Shown piece after piece: positions 1-8,966 of a DNA stretch of 32,000 nt. The notes below the pieces were generated by a model. That model was not told the DNA's origin. It did not search any database and saw nothing but the letters and a program-made list of their open reading frames with translations. Each line of letters starts with the position of its first letter. Within the stretch, counting starts at the first letter, position 1. Both the position numbers and the translations under genes were made by a program. The DNA is taken from positions 55,587 through 87,586 of the forward strand of contig CAAGKN010000003.1 of assembly GCA_900770415.1 (NCBI GenBank), in the 5' to 3' direction. The stretch comes from Clostridia bacterium. Lineage in GTDB: Bacteria > Bacillota > Clostridia > TANB77 > CAG-508.

Positions 1-1
1 A

Positions 2-1018
2 TACAAGATAATTGCTGTAGATGATGAGTCTGGTGTTTTAGACACTCTAGGAGTTTTTTTAGAAAAAGAAGGTTATACTTTTACTGGTATTACAGATCCT
101 ATTGAAGCAATTGAAAGAGTTAAAACGGAGCATTTTGATTTAATGCTTTTGGACTTTATCATGACTCCTGTACATGGTGACCAAGTAGTTGAAGAAATAA
201 GAAAATTTAATAAAGATTTATATATATTATTACTTACTGGTCATAAGGATTTAGCACCTCCATTAGATACAATCAAAAGATTAGATATTCAGGGATATTG
301 TGAAAAAAGTGATAAAATGGACCAACTACTTTTATTAGTAGAGTCTGGAATAAAAGCAGTAGCTCAAATGAATTTAATTAGGCAAATTAATGAAGAATTA
401 AAAGATACATATGATAAATTAGAGCAAGCATATATGGAAAGTATAGAAACTTTAAGATTTACTGTGGAAGCAAAAGATCCTTACACAAGAGGTCATTCAG
501 ACAGAGTTTCTGAGTATTCTGTTTTAATTGGTAAAAAACTTGGACTTTCCGAACCTGATTTAAAAATATTAAAATTAGGAGGATTATTCCACGATATTGG
601 AAAAATAGGTGTTCCTGACAGTATTTTACTAAAAGAATCTAAACTTACAGATGATGAATATTCAGAAATTAAAAACCATCCTACTATTGGGGCTCATATA
701 TTATCAAATGCAACTATTTTTAGAGATATATTACCAATAGTAAAACATCATCACGAACGCTATGATGGAAATGGTTACCCAGGGAAATTAAAAGGAGAAG
801 ACATTCCTTACCTTGCTAGAATTGCAGCAGTTGCAGATTCTTTTGATGCTATGACTTCAAAAAGAACTTATAGGGATTCTTTACCTTTAGATGTTGTAAA
901 ATCCGAGATAGAAAGATGCAAAGGTACCCAATTTGATCCTGCTATTGCAGATGCATTTTTAGATATTTTAAATACTCAATATGCAGAAATTTCTCAAATT
1001 CAGAGTAAATATTTATAA
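2..1018 (+). CDS. Response regulator, receiver domain + HD-GYP domain (RpfG-type c-di-GMP phosphodiesterase); 5' end truncated by window edge
   Basis: The frame is open from nt 2 (YKIIAVDDESGVLDTL...HFDLMLLDFIMTP is receiver-like). The C-terminal half has HDIGKIGVPD and HHERYDGNGYPGKL, the HD-GYP signature. Confidence 0.85.
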   Translation, partial: YKIIAVDDESGVLDTLGVFLEKEGYTFTGITDPIEAIERVKTEHFDLMLLDFIMTPVHGDQVVEEIRKFNKDLYILLLTGHKDLAPPLDTIKRLDIQGYCEKSDKMDQLLLLVESGIKAVAQMNLIRQINEELKDTYDKLEQAYMESIETLRFTVEAKDPYTRGHSDRVSEYSVLIGKKLGLSEPDLKILKLGGLFHDIGKIGVPDSILLKESKLTDDEYSEIKNHPTIGAHILSNATIFRDILPIVKHHHERYDGNGYPGKLKGEDIPYLARIAAVADSFDAMTSKRTYRDSLPLDVVKSEIERCKGTQFDPAIADAFLDILNTQYAEISQIQSKYL

Positions 1019-1024
1019 TATTAG

Positions 1025-1066
1025 AATATATACAGTAATAAACTTTTTTATGCTGTATATATTTTT
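1025..1066 (+). terminator. Possible rho-independent terminator after the HD-GYP gene
   Basis: AATATATACAG (1025-1035) pairs with CTGTATATATT (1053-1063), followed by a T-run. The loop is long and the stem is AT-rich. Confidence 0.35.
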
Positions 1067-1090
1067 AAATAAAAAAGGGGGTGAATATTA

Positions 1091-1879
1091 ATGACAAGTT
1101 CAGAAATAAGAAGTACAGCAAGACAAAGTCTTACAAATAAATGGGGAAAAGCCGCACTTATAGCTTTTTGCTATTTTTTAATAGAATTTCTAATTAACTT
1201 TATGATATCTGGTGCAAAAGGCAGTTTGCCTCTTCTTTCTTCTTTATTAAGTATTGGTAATACAGTTATTTCTGTCCCTTTAGCTTATGGATTTTTAATC
1301 TCTTTTATGAAATTAAAAAGGGGAGAAGAAGTTAATGCTTTTGATTTTTTTGCAGATGGATTCTCTAATTTTGGAAGAGCTTGGGGGATAACTTGGGGGA
1401 TTATAAAAAAACTTTTAGTCCCAATAATAATTATTATTGTATTATATATTGTACTAATAGCAAGTTCTGTTTCTCTAATTGCCTTCAGTTCTACTTTGTT
1501 TAAATCATATTCTGCATCTGCTTCTATTACTGCCGGTTTCTTATCTATTATTTGCAGTATAGGACTTATAGCACTTTATATTTGGATTGCCATAAAATCT
1601 TTATTCTATGTATTAGTTTATCAGGTTGCTTATGATAACCCAAATCTTTCTTCTAAAGAAGTAGTTGAGGAAAGCGAAAGATTGATGACAGGTAATAGAG
1701 GTAAATATTTTGTTTTACAGCTTTCTTTCATAGGTTGGGCAATTCTTGCTTGTTTAACATTGGGAATTGGTATGTTTTGGCTAACTCCTTATATCACAGT
1801 TGCAACAATTTGCTTCTATGAAGCTTTATCTGGAAAATCCGATACTACTATCGAAGTTGATTCAGAAGAAATAAAATAA
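1091..1879 (+). CDS. DUF975-like integral membrane protein
   Basis: SD GGGGGTGA lies upstream of the ATG. The product has several hydrophobic helices, and its N-terminus (RSTARQSLTNKWGKAALI) is typical of the DUF975 family. Confidence 0.6.
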   Translation: MTSSEIRSTARQSLTNKWGKAALIAFCYFLIEFLINFMISGAKGSLPLLSSLLSIGNTVISVPLAYGFLISFMKLKRGEEVNAFDFFADGFSNFGRAWGITWGIIKKLLVPIIIIIVLYIVLIASSVSLIAFSSTLFKSYSASASITAGFLSIICSIGLIALYIWIAIKSLFYVLVYQVAYDNPNLSSKEVVEESERLMTGNRGKYFVLQLSFIGWAILACLTLGIGMFWLTPYITVATICFYEALSGKSDTTIEVDSEEIK

Positions 1880-1892
1880 ATAAATAAATAAA

Positions 1893-1925
1893 AACACAAT
1901 TTGTTTTGCAAATTGTGTTTTTTTA
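1893..1925. terminator. Bidirectional rho-independent terminator between convergent genes
   Basis: AACACAATTTG (1893-1903) pairs with CAAATTGTGTT (1909-1919), flanked by an A-run and a T-run. Confidence 0.7.
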
Positions 1926-1926
1926 T

Positions 1927-3507
1927 TTATTCTATTCCTAAGTATTCATTGTATGAGCATTCTCTATCTATTATCTTATCTTTTCTTAAATCTATTATTC
2001 TATTTGCAACTGTCTGCGTTAATTGGTGATCATGTGAAGTAAATATCATATTTCCTTTGAATTTTTGCATTCCTTCGTTTAATGCTGTAATGCTCTCCAT
2101 GTCTAAGTGGTTTGTTGGTTCATCAAATATCAAGAAATTTGCTCCAGATAACATTAATTTAGAAAGTACACATCTTACTTTTTCCCCACCTGATAATACT
2201 TTTACATTTTTCAATGCTTCATCACCAGAAAATAACATTCTTCCTAAAAATCCTCTTACATAGGTTTCGTCTGGGTCTTTTGAATATTTTCTAAGCCAAT
2301 CTACTAATATTTCGTCATCTTGAAATAAGTAAGAATTGTCTTTTGGAAAATAATCTTTTGTTATCGTTTGTCCCCAAATCACTTCTCCAGAATCTGGTTC
2401 TACTTCTCCTGCGATTATTTGAAATAAAAGAGTAGTTGCAAGTTCATTATCTGATAATACTGCAATTTTGTTATCTGCTTTTACTGAGAATGAAATATTT
2501 TTTAATACTTCTTCTCCATTTATACTTTTGCTAACATTTTTTAATGTTAATATTTCTTTTCCTGGTTCTCTATCTGGTTTAAAGTCTATATAAGGGTATT
2601 TTCTATTTGATGCTTTTATTTCTTCTAATTGTATTTTTTCCAAAGATTTTTTTCTTGATGTTGCTTGTTTTGATTTTGAAGCATTTGCACTAAATCTTGC
2701 TATAAAGTCTTGTAATTCTTTTATTTTTTCTTCTTTTTTCTTGTTCTGTTCTCTTGCTTGTTTTAATGCTAATTGGCTTGATTCATACCAGAAATCATAA
2801 TTTCCTGGGTAAACCTTAATTTTTCCAAAATCAACATCTGCTATATGTGTGCATACTTTATTTAGAAAATATCTATCATGTGATACAACTATAACTGTAT
2901 TTTCAAAGTCTATTAAGAAATCTTGTAACCAATTTATACTTTTTAAATCTAAGTCGTTTGTTGGTTCGTCTAATAATAAAATATCTGGATTACCAAATAA
3001 GCTTTGTGCAAGTAATACTTTTACTTTGTCTTTTGCTTCAATTTCTCTCATTAATTTGTAGTGCTCAGAACCTGGTATTCCCAAATTGTTTAATAGCGTA
3101 GCACTGTCTGACTCTGCATTCCATCCGTCTAACTCTGCAAATCTTTCTTCAAGTTTTGCAGCTTTTAATCCGTCTTCTTCAGAGAAATCTGGCTTTGCAT
3201 AAATTTCTTCTTTTTCTTTCATGATTTTATAAAGTTCACTATTTCCCATTATAACTGTATCTATAAGGGTATACTCTTCATATGCAAAGTGATCTTGTTT
3301 TAATGTTGACAATCTTTCTCCTTTATCTATTGAAACTTCGCCTTTGCTTGGTTCTAATTCCCCAGATAGGACCTTTAAAAAAGTAGATTTTCCTGCTCCA
3401 TTTGCCCCTATTAATCCATAACAGTTGCCTTTTGTGAATTTTATATTTACGTCTTCAAATAGTACTCTTTTTCCAAATCTAACTGTTACACCATTTGTAC
3501 TTAACAT
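1927..3507 (-). CDS. ABC-F family ATPase (two ABC cassettes, no transmembrane domain; YbiT/YkpA-like)
   Basis: Two Walker A motifs and two LSGGE signatures (GANGAGKST; VLSGGEKVR), with a charged linker (KQAREQNKKKEEKIKELQ). SD AGGAGG lies 6 nt upstream of the ATG. Confidence 0.9.
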   Translation of the reverse strand: MLSTNGVTVRFGKRVLFEDVNIKFTKGNCYGLIGANGAGKSTFLKVLSGELEPSKGEVSIDKGERLSTLKQDHFAYEEYTLIDTVIMGNSELYKIMKEKEEIYAKPDFSEEDGLKAAKLEERFAELDGWNAESDSATLLNNLGIPGSEHYKLMREIEAKDKVKVLLAQSLFGNPDILLLDEPTNDLDLKSINWLQDFLIDFENTVIVVSHDRYFLNKVCTHIADVDFGKIKVYPGNYDFWYESSQLALKQAREQNKKKEEKIKELQDFIARFSANASKSKQATSRKKSLEKIQLEEIKASNRKYPYIDFKPDREPGKEILTLKNVSKSINGEEVLKNISFSVKADNKIAVLSDNELATTLLFQIIAGEVEPDSGEVIWGQTITKDYFPKDNSYLFQDDEILVDWLRKYSKDPDETYVRGFLGRMLFSGDEALKNVKVLSGGEKVRCVLSKLMLSGANFLIFDEPTNHLDMESITALNEGMQKFKGNMIFTSHDHQLTQTVANRIIDLRKDKIIDRECSYNEYLGIE

Positions 3508-3517
3508 TTGTTACCTC

Positions 3518-4459
3518 CTATAACATATCTTTTTTCTTTAACCATATAAATGCAATTATTGATATTAGTATAGAAATTCCTGTTACTATTGCAAATCCAT
3601 GTATATCATTTGAAAATGGTAATGGAACATTCATTCCCCAAATACTTGCTATTAATGTTGGTAATGACAAAACAATTGTAATAGATGCCAACAATTTCAT
3701 AACAACATTTAGGTTGTTTGAAATTACAGAAGCATACGCATCCATTGTTCCACTTAGAATGTCACTATATATTTTTCCCATCTCTATTGCTTGTCTATTT
3801 TCTATAATTGCATCTTCTAATATATCGTCATCCTCTTCATAAGATTTTAATATTTTTCCTCTTGCTGTTTTCTCCATTACTAGCTCATTTGCTTTTAATG
3901 ATGTTGTTATATATACCAAGCTTTTTTCTACGTTTAGAAGTTGTATTAGTTCCTTGTTTCTCATAGACTTTTGAAGTGCTTGAACAGTTCTTTCTGTTTG
4001 TCTATTTATTTTCTTTAAGTCATTTAAATAATATGATGCATTTAAATATAATATTTGTATTAAAAATCTAGTTTTCTTATATGTGCACATTCCTTTTACT
4101 CTTCCTTTTTCAAAGGAATCTATTATTCTGTTTTTTCTTAGTGAAACTGTTATAAAAAACTCATCTCTTACTACAATCATACCTAATGGCATTGTAGAAT
4201 ATGATTTCCCATCGCTATCGTCTTCTATTATTGGAACGTCTACAACAAAAAGTGTCATATCATCTTCTACATCTATTCTGGCTTGCTCTTCATAATCCAA
4301 AGGGTATCTTATAAATTCATCACTTATATCTAAATTTGAGCAAACCATTGCAATTTCCTCGTCTGTAGGGTTTATTAAGCTAATCCACGACCCAGGTTTA
4401 AACTCTTTTATTTTTTCAAAATTATTTGTTTCTAAATCTGTTTTATATATGTTTAGCAT
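3518..4459 (-). CDS. corA: CorA-family Mg2+/Co2+ transporter
   Basis: A GMN motif (IWGMNVPLPF) sits before the last transmembrane helix. I place the start at the second ATG (MLNIYK), which follows SD GAAGGGGTGA. The track ORF extends 9 codons further, to 4486. Confidence 0.88.
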   Translation of the reverse strand: MLNIYKTDLETNNFEKIKEFKPGSWISLINPTDEEIAMVCSNLDISDEFIRYPLDYEEQARIDVEDDMTLFVVDVPIIEDDSDGKSYSTMPLGMIVVRDEFFITVSLRKNRIIDSFEKGRVKGMCTYKKTRFLIQILYLNASYYLNDLKKINRQTERTVQALQKSMRNKELIQLLNVEKSLVYITTSLKANELVMEKTARGKILKSYEEDDDILEDAIIENRQAIEMGKIYSDILSGTMDAYASVISNNLNVVMKLLASITIVLSLPTLIASIWGMNVPLPFSNDIHGFAIVTGISILISIIAFIWLKKKDML

Positions 4460-4624
4460 AAAATCACCCCTTCTATTTCTTTGCATTTTTGCACAACTAT
4501 TTAGTATTATACCACATTATATACATAATTGTGTAGTTTTTTTATTTTTTCTTCGTTTTTTACAAAATTCGACATTTTTTATTTAAAGTGTGTGTTATAA
4601 TAATACTCAAAGAAGGTGTTTACT

Positions 4625-4801
4625 ATGGATAAAAGAATTAAATTATTAGAAGAAAGAACTGTAATTTTTTTGGAAAAAACAAAAAAACAAAGAGAAAAAT
4701 ATAAATCCGAAAGAAAAACGTTGTTTGATTTTTCTGAGGAGAGAAACAACCTAGATGCTTGGGAAGAATATTTAAATAAAATAGAAAAAGAAATCATATA
4801 A
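4625..4801 (+). CDS. Small hypothetical charged protein (58 aa)
   Basis: SD AGAAGGTG lies 6 nt upstream of the ATG at 4625, and an extended -10 (TGTTATAAT, 4593-4601) lies upstream. I recognise no family. Confidence 0.35.
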   Translation: MDKRIKLLEERTVIFLEKTKKQREKYKSERKTLFDFSEERNNLDAWEEYLNKIEKEII

Positions 4802-4850
4802 AATACTATATGATAAAAATTAATATCTAAAGAACAAGGAGGAATGTACT

Positions 4851-5549
4851 ATGAAATTAAAAAAATTACCAATAATAATTATAGGTATTTTAGTAATATT
4901 TGTTGTTAGCTTCTTAATAAGAGAATTGATTATATACAATGATGGAAAGCTAGACAAATCTAATTATGTTCCAAGAGAAGAAATTATTACTTTGCTAAAC
5001 AAAGGAGCAATATATAATAATTATTACTATTGTCCTAATAATGAAGATAGAAAAGAGGCATATAGGACTGAGTATTACATAAAAGATAACATCCAAGCAA
5101 TTTATTTAGATTCTAAATTAATTGAATGGACTGACTATAATAACTCTGAAAAAATTCTGCTTACCGGAGCTGATGAAACAGCAACAGTTGTCAAAAACAT
5201 CTCTAAAAATAGTGATAGTCAATGTGGATATGATTATTCAGTAATATCAAAGCCAGAAATATATAATAATACTTACAAGTATCTAGGAGAGAAAGAAGAA
5301 GATGGAAGGAAAATAATAGTTATAGAATTATCAACTAATAGAGGGTTAATAAAAAAACTTGATAAGTATTACATTGACAAGGAAACCGGTTTGATATTAG
5401 GTAGATTTACTTCAAGCAGATTTCTATTTATAACAACACACTTATCAGGTAGTGCAAAAAACAGAAATATAAAGTTTAATATAGTTACTAATGAAAACAT
5501 AACAAAACCGGATTTAAACAAATATAAAATTGTTAATTACATAGAGTAA
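4851..5549 (+). CDS. Hypothetical membrane-anchored protein (N-terminal transmembrane helix)
   Basis: SD AAGGAGG is present, an N-terminal hydrophobic helix (LPIIIIGILVIFVVSFLI) follows, and a strong terminator lies downstream. Confidence 0.6.
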   Translation: MKLKKLPIIIIGILVIFVVSFLIRELIIYNDGKLDKSNYVPREEIITLLNKGAIYNNYYYCPNNEDRKEAYRTEYYIKDNIQAIYLDSKLIEWTDYNNSEKILLTGADETATVVKNISKNSDSQCGYDYSVISKPEIYNNTYKYLGEKEEDGRKIIVIELSTNRGLIKKLDKYYIDKETGLILGRFTSSRFLFITTHLSGSAKNRNIKFNIVTNENITKPDLNKYKIVNYIE

Positions 5550-5555
5550 TAAAAA

Positions 5556-5589
5556 ATAGCATTCACCTTAATGTGAATGCTATTTTTTA
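5556..5589. terminator. Rho-independent terminator
   Basis: ATAGCATTCAC (5556-5566) pairs with GTGAATGCTAT (5573-5583), then TTTTT. An A-run upstream makes it usable in both directions. Confidence 0.75.
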
Positions 5590-5612
5590 TTATGTTAAAA
5601 TTATCGTTTCAT

Positions 5613-5643
5613 AAGAAAGAGACACACCTAATAGATGTGCCTC
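5613..5643 (-). terminator. Probable terminator of the secreted-protein gene
   Basis: On the minus strand GAGGCACATCT-att-AGGTGTGTCTC forms an 11-bp stem with two G-U pairs, followed by TTTCTT. Confidence 0.5.
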
Positions 5644-5644
5644 C

Positions 5645-5655
5645 CAAGATGCCCA
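5645..5655. repeat. Left copy of an 11-bp inverted repeat (CAAGATGCCCA)
   Basis: It is the exact reverse complement of 6133-6143. The two copies bracket the whole 5676-6110 gene including its SD. Confidence 0.8.
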
Positions 5656-5675
5656 TGTTTCTAGCTAACTAATTT

Positions 5676-6110
5676 TTACCAATTGTAAATCCAGCAATCA
5701 ACAGTTACCGATGTTACACAGTTAAAGTGAACTGTGTAATAACCCGATGTTGCATTAGAAAATGTTGGACTTTTAATTTCCGCACCATTATTTGGAAATA
5801 ATGGTCCCGGTGGCAAACCATCGGCGTTGTTTCGAGCCCAAATCGTTTTTCCTTGGGGATTGGTTACCCAAAGATATACTCCAGTGTTTTGACTAGAGCT
5901 AGTGATTCTTACTGTTATCTGACCAGTTGATTCACTTGAAGGAACATAAACTTTAAATTCTCCCCACATTCCAGAATCTTGTCCATATCCCATAGCTCTA
6001 GTTGATGTAGGTATAGTCTTTTCGATTTTACTGTTTTCAGTTGCAAACACGGGAACTGAAATAACAAAGCAAAAAGCGAAAACTATCACAATAGAAATAA
6101 ATCGTTTCAT
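5676..6110 (-). CDS. Small secreted protein of unknown function (signal peptide, ~120-aa mature domain)
   Basis: SD AAAGGAG is present, with a signal peptide (MKRFISIVIVFAFCFVISVPVFA). G+C is visibly higher than in the neighbours: three consecutive 60-nt blocks counted by hand gave 21, 21 and 29 G+C. Confidence 0.6.
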   Translation of the reverse strand: MKRFISIVIVFAFCFVISVPVFATENSKIEKTIPTSTRAMGYGQDSGMWGEFKVYVPSSESTGQITVRITSSSQNTGVYLWVTNPQGKTIWARNNADGLPPGPLFPNNGAEIKSPTFSNATSGYYTVHFNCVTSVTVDCWIYNW

Positions 6111-6132
6111 TAACGATACTCCTTTCTTATTG

Positions 6133-6143
6133 TGGGCATCTTG
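6133..6143. repeat. Right copy of the 11-bp inverted repeat (TGGGCATCTTG)
   Basis: It is the exact reverse complement of 5645-5655 and lies immediately upstream of the SD of the 5676-6110 gene. Confidence 0.8.
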
Positions 6144-6330
6144 AGCTTAAAATAAGCTATTTATAATTATACTTTAAAAATTTGAAAATATCTACGGAAA
6201 ACAATATAAATCGTAAGACAAGAAAAATCAAAATTCGACATTTTGCTAAGATAATAATAATCCATTGATTTGTAAGAGAGTTATTATTACATTTAAACAT
6301 TCTTTGTTTCATAGCCAGCTTTATGCAATA

Positions 6331-6355
6331 AAAAAGCACAGCGAACTGTACTTTT
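6331..6355 (-). terminator. Hairpin with UUCG tetraloop directly after tRNA-Lys(CUU)
   Basis: The minus strand reads AAAAAGTACAG-TTCG-CTGTGCTTTTT, with one mismatch in the stem. Confidence 0.45.
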
Positions 6356-6431
6356 TGGTGCACCATCTCGGACTCGAACCGAGGGTCTTCTGATTAAGAG
6401 TCAGCTGCTTTACCAACTAAGCTAATGGTGC
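6356..6431 (-). tRNA. tRNA-Lys (anticodon CTT)
   Basis: The reverse complement folds as a cloverleaf: acceptor GCACCAT/ATGGTGC, anticodon loop CTCTTAA, T-arm CTCGG-TTCGAGT-CCGAG, and an encoded CCA. Confidence 0.9.
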
Positions 6432-6532
6432 ATTTATTTTATTTAGCTTGTTTATTATAATACCATTTTTTTGCTTTGTCAATATTATTTATAAGGGTCG
6501 CTACAAATAGCGACCCAAAAGAAATTTTATAT

Positions 6533-8473
6533 TTAATTTGATTCTGTATTAGAACTTGTGTTTTCTCCTGTTCCTTGTTCTGGTGTTGTAGGTGTAGTTG
6601 GCGTTTCTGGTGTTGTAGGCGCTGGCTCTGGAGTTGGAGCAGGTTCTGGTTCTGGTGTTGGTGTAGGTGTTGGCTCTGGTTCTTCTACTGGCTGTGTTGA
6701 TACTTCTGTTGTTTTGCTTGGTCCTACTTTTATTATTTTGTTCATTGGATCATAAGTATCAGATGATAAAACTGTTCTAGATACTTCTTTTCCGTTTAAT
6801 TTTAGTATTTTATATGTTATACTCTTGCATCCATTCATTCCATTTTGTGTAACTCTTTCTTTTCCTGGTGCAAGTGAGCTATCATTTTCTTTTATTACTT
6901 TAAATGGTGTATAGCTTAGTATTTTGCTTGATATTTCAACTTCATACTCTACATCTTCTTTTATTCCAAATATGTCTATTCTTGCTACTCCTCCTCCTAT
7001 TGAGGTTTTTAACATTACTGGATATTTTCTTGTGTTTTTAAATTTGAAATCATAAGCTCCATAAACAACTGTTGCATCTTTTCCTGCTCCAACATATCCT
7101 GCTAGAAACATGTGATTATGTCTTTCTACTATTTCTAAATTAGCATAAACAACTGCATCATATAATGTTGAAGATATTTGGCATATTCCTCCTGCAAGGG
7201 TTTGAACTACTCTTCCTCCTGCAAATCCGCCTGCTTCTTTATATCCTGCTTTTGCTGTTCTTTTTCCTAATGTTTTATTGTATGAGAATGTTTCACCTGG
7301 GCTTACTACAACTCCATTTAATTTGTTCATAGCCAATCTTAAATTTGTTGTTCTTGGAGTATTGCTTGCATCATATTTTGTACTGAATGTAGAAAGTAAA
7401 TCTGGGAAAGCTTCACTTCCTATTTTATTTGTTGTTATTTTTGGCATAGTTATTTTTAAGTCTATTGTATATTCTTCTTTGTCTTCTTTTAACATTTCTC
7501 TTGCTGCTTCTAAATCAAAGTCTACTCCTTCTACATGAGGATAAACTTGAAAAGGATCTTTTGTATAATACGCGTCTTTTGCTTCTTTATGCACTTCATT
7601 ATATATTTTGTCTATGTCTATTGCTTCTGGTTCTACATTAACTATTTCCAATTCTATTGGTTCGTTTTGATTTTCTAATTCTAGTCTTTTTATTACTTCT
7701 TTGTTAAAGCTTTCTTTGTTTATTGAGTTTCCTGCTTTTCCTTTTGTAATTGTTAATTTACCATCTTCAATACAATAATTAGGTTCTTCTACCGCTCCTG
7801 GAATCTTTACTGCAATTTCGTTCATTATATTTTCTAGTAATTCTTGATTGTACTCTATTGCTATTTCTATATTCTTATTTTTTATTTTGTGCTTAACTAT
7901 TTCCAAATTGTTCTTAAATATATTTCCATTTCTTCCTATGTTGTATGCGTCTTCTATAGCTTTGTTTATATCATATTTTGCTTCTATTTGAGATAGCTGA
8001 AATTGATATTCAAATTCGTTTGTTTTTACACTTATGCTTTGTTCTATATTTTTTTCTAATGCGTCTGAGATTTTTTGTTCTGCTTCTTTTTTGCTTAGTT
8101 TGCTTACATCTATTCCCTCTATGGATATATTTGATATTATTTTTGTGTTGTTTATATTAAATAATGCAAATCCTGTGCTAGCAAATATGGCTATTATTAA
8201 AATTATTGCACTTATTAATATAATTAATGTTTTTTTATTACTGCTTTTTATTTTGTATTGTTCTTTTATCTCTTCTTTTAAAGCGTCTTTTTCCTCTGGA
8301 TTGTCTTCTTCTTGTTTTTTTTCTTCCACTTCTGCTTTTTTATCTTCGTTCTCTACTTCTATTGTTTCATTCTCTTTTGTTTTTTCTTCGTTTTGTTTTT
8401 CTTTTACTGTTGTTTCATTTTCTTCTTTTGTTTTCATCTCTTCTTTTATTTCTTTTTTTTCGTTAGATTCCAT
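6533..8473 (-). CDS. VanW-family cell-wall protein with G5 domain, an N-terminal Glu/Lys-rich region plus transmembrane anchor, and a C-terminal Pro/Thr-rich tail
   Basis: The VanW core is YKEAGGFAGGRVVQTLAGGICQISSTLYDAV...ERHNH. A G5-like segment reads KERVTQNGMNGCKSITYKI...KVGP. The tail reads EPEPTPTPTPEPEPAPTPEP. Confidence 0.85.
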   Translation of the reverse strand: MESNEKKEIKEEMKTKEENETTVKEKQNEEKTKENETIEVENEDKKAEVEEKKQEEDNPEEKDALKEEIKEQYKIKSSNKKTLIILISAIILIIAIFASTGFALFNINNTKIISNISIEGIDVSKLSKKEAEQKISDALEKNIEQSISVKTNEFEYQFQLSQIEAKYDINKAIEDAYNIGRNGNIFKNNLEIVKHKIKNKNIEIAIEYNQELLENIMNEIAVKIPGAVEEPNYCIEDGKLTITKGKAGNSINKESFNKEVIKRLELENQNEPIELEIVNVEPEAIDIDKIYNEVHKEAKDAYYTKDPFQVYPHVEGVDFDLEAAREMLKEDKEEYTIDLKITMPKITTNKIGSEAFPDLLSTFSTKYDASNTPRTTNLRLAMNKLNGVVVSPGETFSYNKTLGKRTAKAGYKEAGGFAGGRVVQTLAGGICQISSTLYDAVVYANLEIVERHNHMFLAGYVGAGKDATVVYGAYDFKFKNTRKYPVMLKTSIGGGVARIDIFGIKEDVEYEVEISSKILSYTPFKVIKENDSSLAPGKERVTQNGMNGCKSITYKILKLNGKEVSRTVLSSDTYDPMNKIIKVGPSKTTEVSTQPVEEPEPTPTPTPEPEPAPTPEPAPTTPETPTTPTTPEQGTGENTSSNTESN

Positions 8474-8609
8474 TTAAACTCTCCTTATAGAAAAAAGTAT
8501 AATTTTAAATTATATTATCATAAAAGGTAGTTTTTTACAACATTCTTTTATAATTATCTATAATTTTCCATGTTAAATTTTACTCTTTTTCTATAATTAT
8601 ATTACTATT

Positions 8610-8804
8610 CTATTTAGAAAATATTTCTGTTATTGTTTTTCCTAGCGCACTTGCTATTTTTTCCATTTTTTCTAATGATGGATTTTTTCTAGACCCTTTT
8701 TCTAAATGACATAAGTATCCTACTGAAACGCCAGATAAATCAGCAAGTTTTGCCAAAGTCATTCCCTTTTCTTTTCTTATTTTACTTATTTTATTACATC
8801 CCAT
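8610..8804 (-). CDS. XRE-family helix-turn-helix regulator (Cro-like, 64 aa)
   Basis: The HTH is IRKEKGMTLAKLADLSGVSVGYLCHLEKG. I place the start at MGCNK, which follows SD AAAGAGGTGA. The track ORF runs 15 codons further upstream. Confidence 0.8.
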   Translation of the reverse strand: MGCNKISKIRKEKGMTLAKLADLSGVSVGYLCHLEKGSRKNPSLEKMEKIASALGKTITEIFSK

Positions 8805-8834
8805 GGGATCACCTCTTTGTCTAATTAACAATAT

Positions 8835-8862
8835 ATTATCATGTATCAAATTGACAAGTCAA
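8835..8862 (-). promoter_or_regulatory. Candidate promoter for the XRE gene, with an overlapping palindromic operator
   Basis: The minus-strand -35 is TTGACT (8862-8857), followed by a 16-nt spacer and -10 GATAAT (8840-8835). The palindrome TTGAC-AA-GTCAA (8851-8862) overlaps the -35. Confidence 0.4.
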
Positions 8863-8903
8863 TAGTTTTTTTGTTAATTTTTTACATTTTTTAAATTTAC
8901 TGG

Positions 8904-8932
8904 TAGACAAATTTATTTTTATTCTGTATAAT
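8904..8932 (+). promoter_or_regulatory. Candidate sigma-A promoter for the HTH-S24 repressor gene
   Basis: TAGACA (8904-8909), a 17-nt spacer, then TATAAT (8927-8932). Confidence 0.5.
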
Positions 8933-8966
8933 AATGTCATAATTTAAGAAAAAAGGAGATTTTATT

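Noticed and set aside
4579-4797. A 72-aa minus-strand ORF antisense to the small 4625-4801 gene.
   Set aside because: It has no SD and gives a low-complexity hydrophobic translation. The + strand ORF has an SD and a promoter.
4563-6245. The 16-mer CAAAATTCGACATTTT occurs twice (about 4563-4578 and 6230-6245), and related TTCGACAAA strings occur at 15081 and 27443.
   Set aside because: A single repeated AT-rich 16-mer in 32 kb is close to chance expectation. It has no consistent position relative to genes or promoters.
6157-6366. A 69-aa ORF on the minus strand between the secreted-protein gene and tRNA-Lys.
   Set aside because: It begins inside the tRNA-Lys(CUU) gene, has no SD and gives a low-complexity product, so it is most likely non-coding promoter or spacer DNA.
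6545-6700. A periodic GGTGTTG/GGCTCTGG repeat pattern that might look like a tandem-repeat or CRISPR-like array.
   Set aside because: It is the coding sequence of the Pro/Thr/Glu-rich C-terminal linker of the VanW/G5 protein (TPEPEPTPTPTPEPEPAP). There is no repeat-spacer architecture. The T-rich periodicity at 8230-8473 likewise encodes the Glu/Lys-rich N-terminus.
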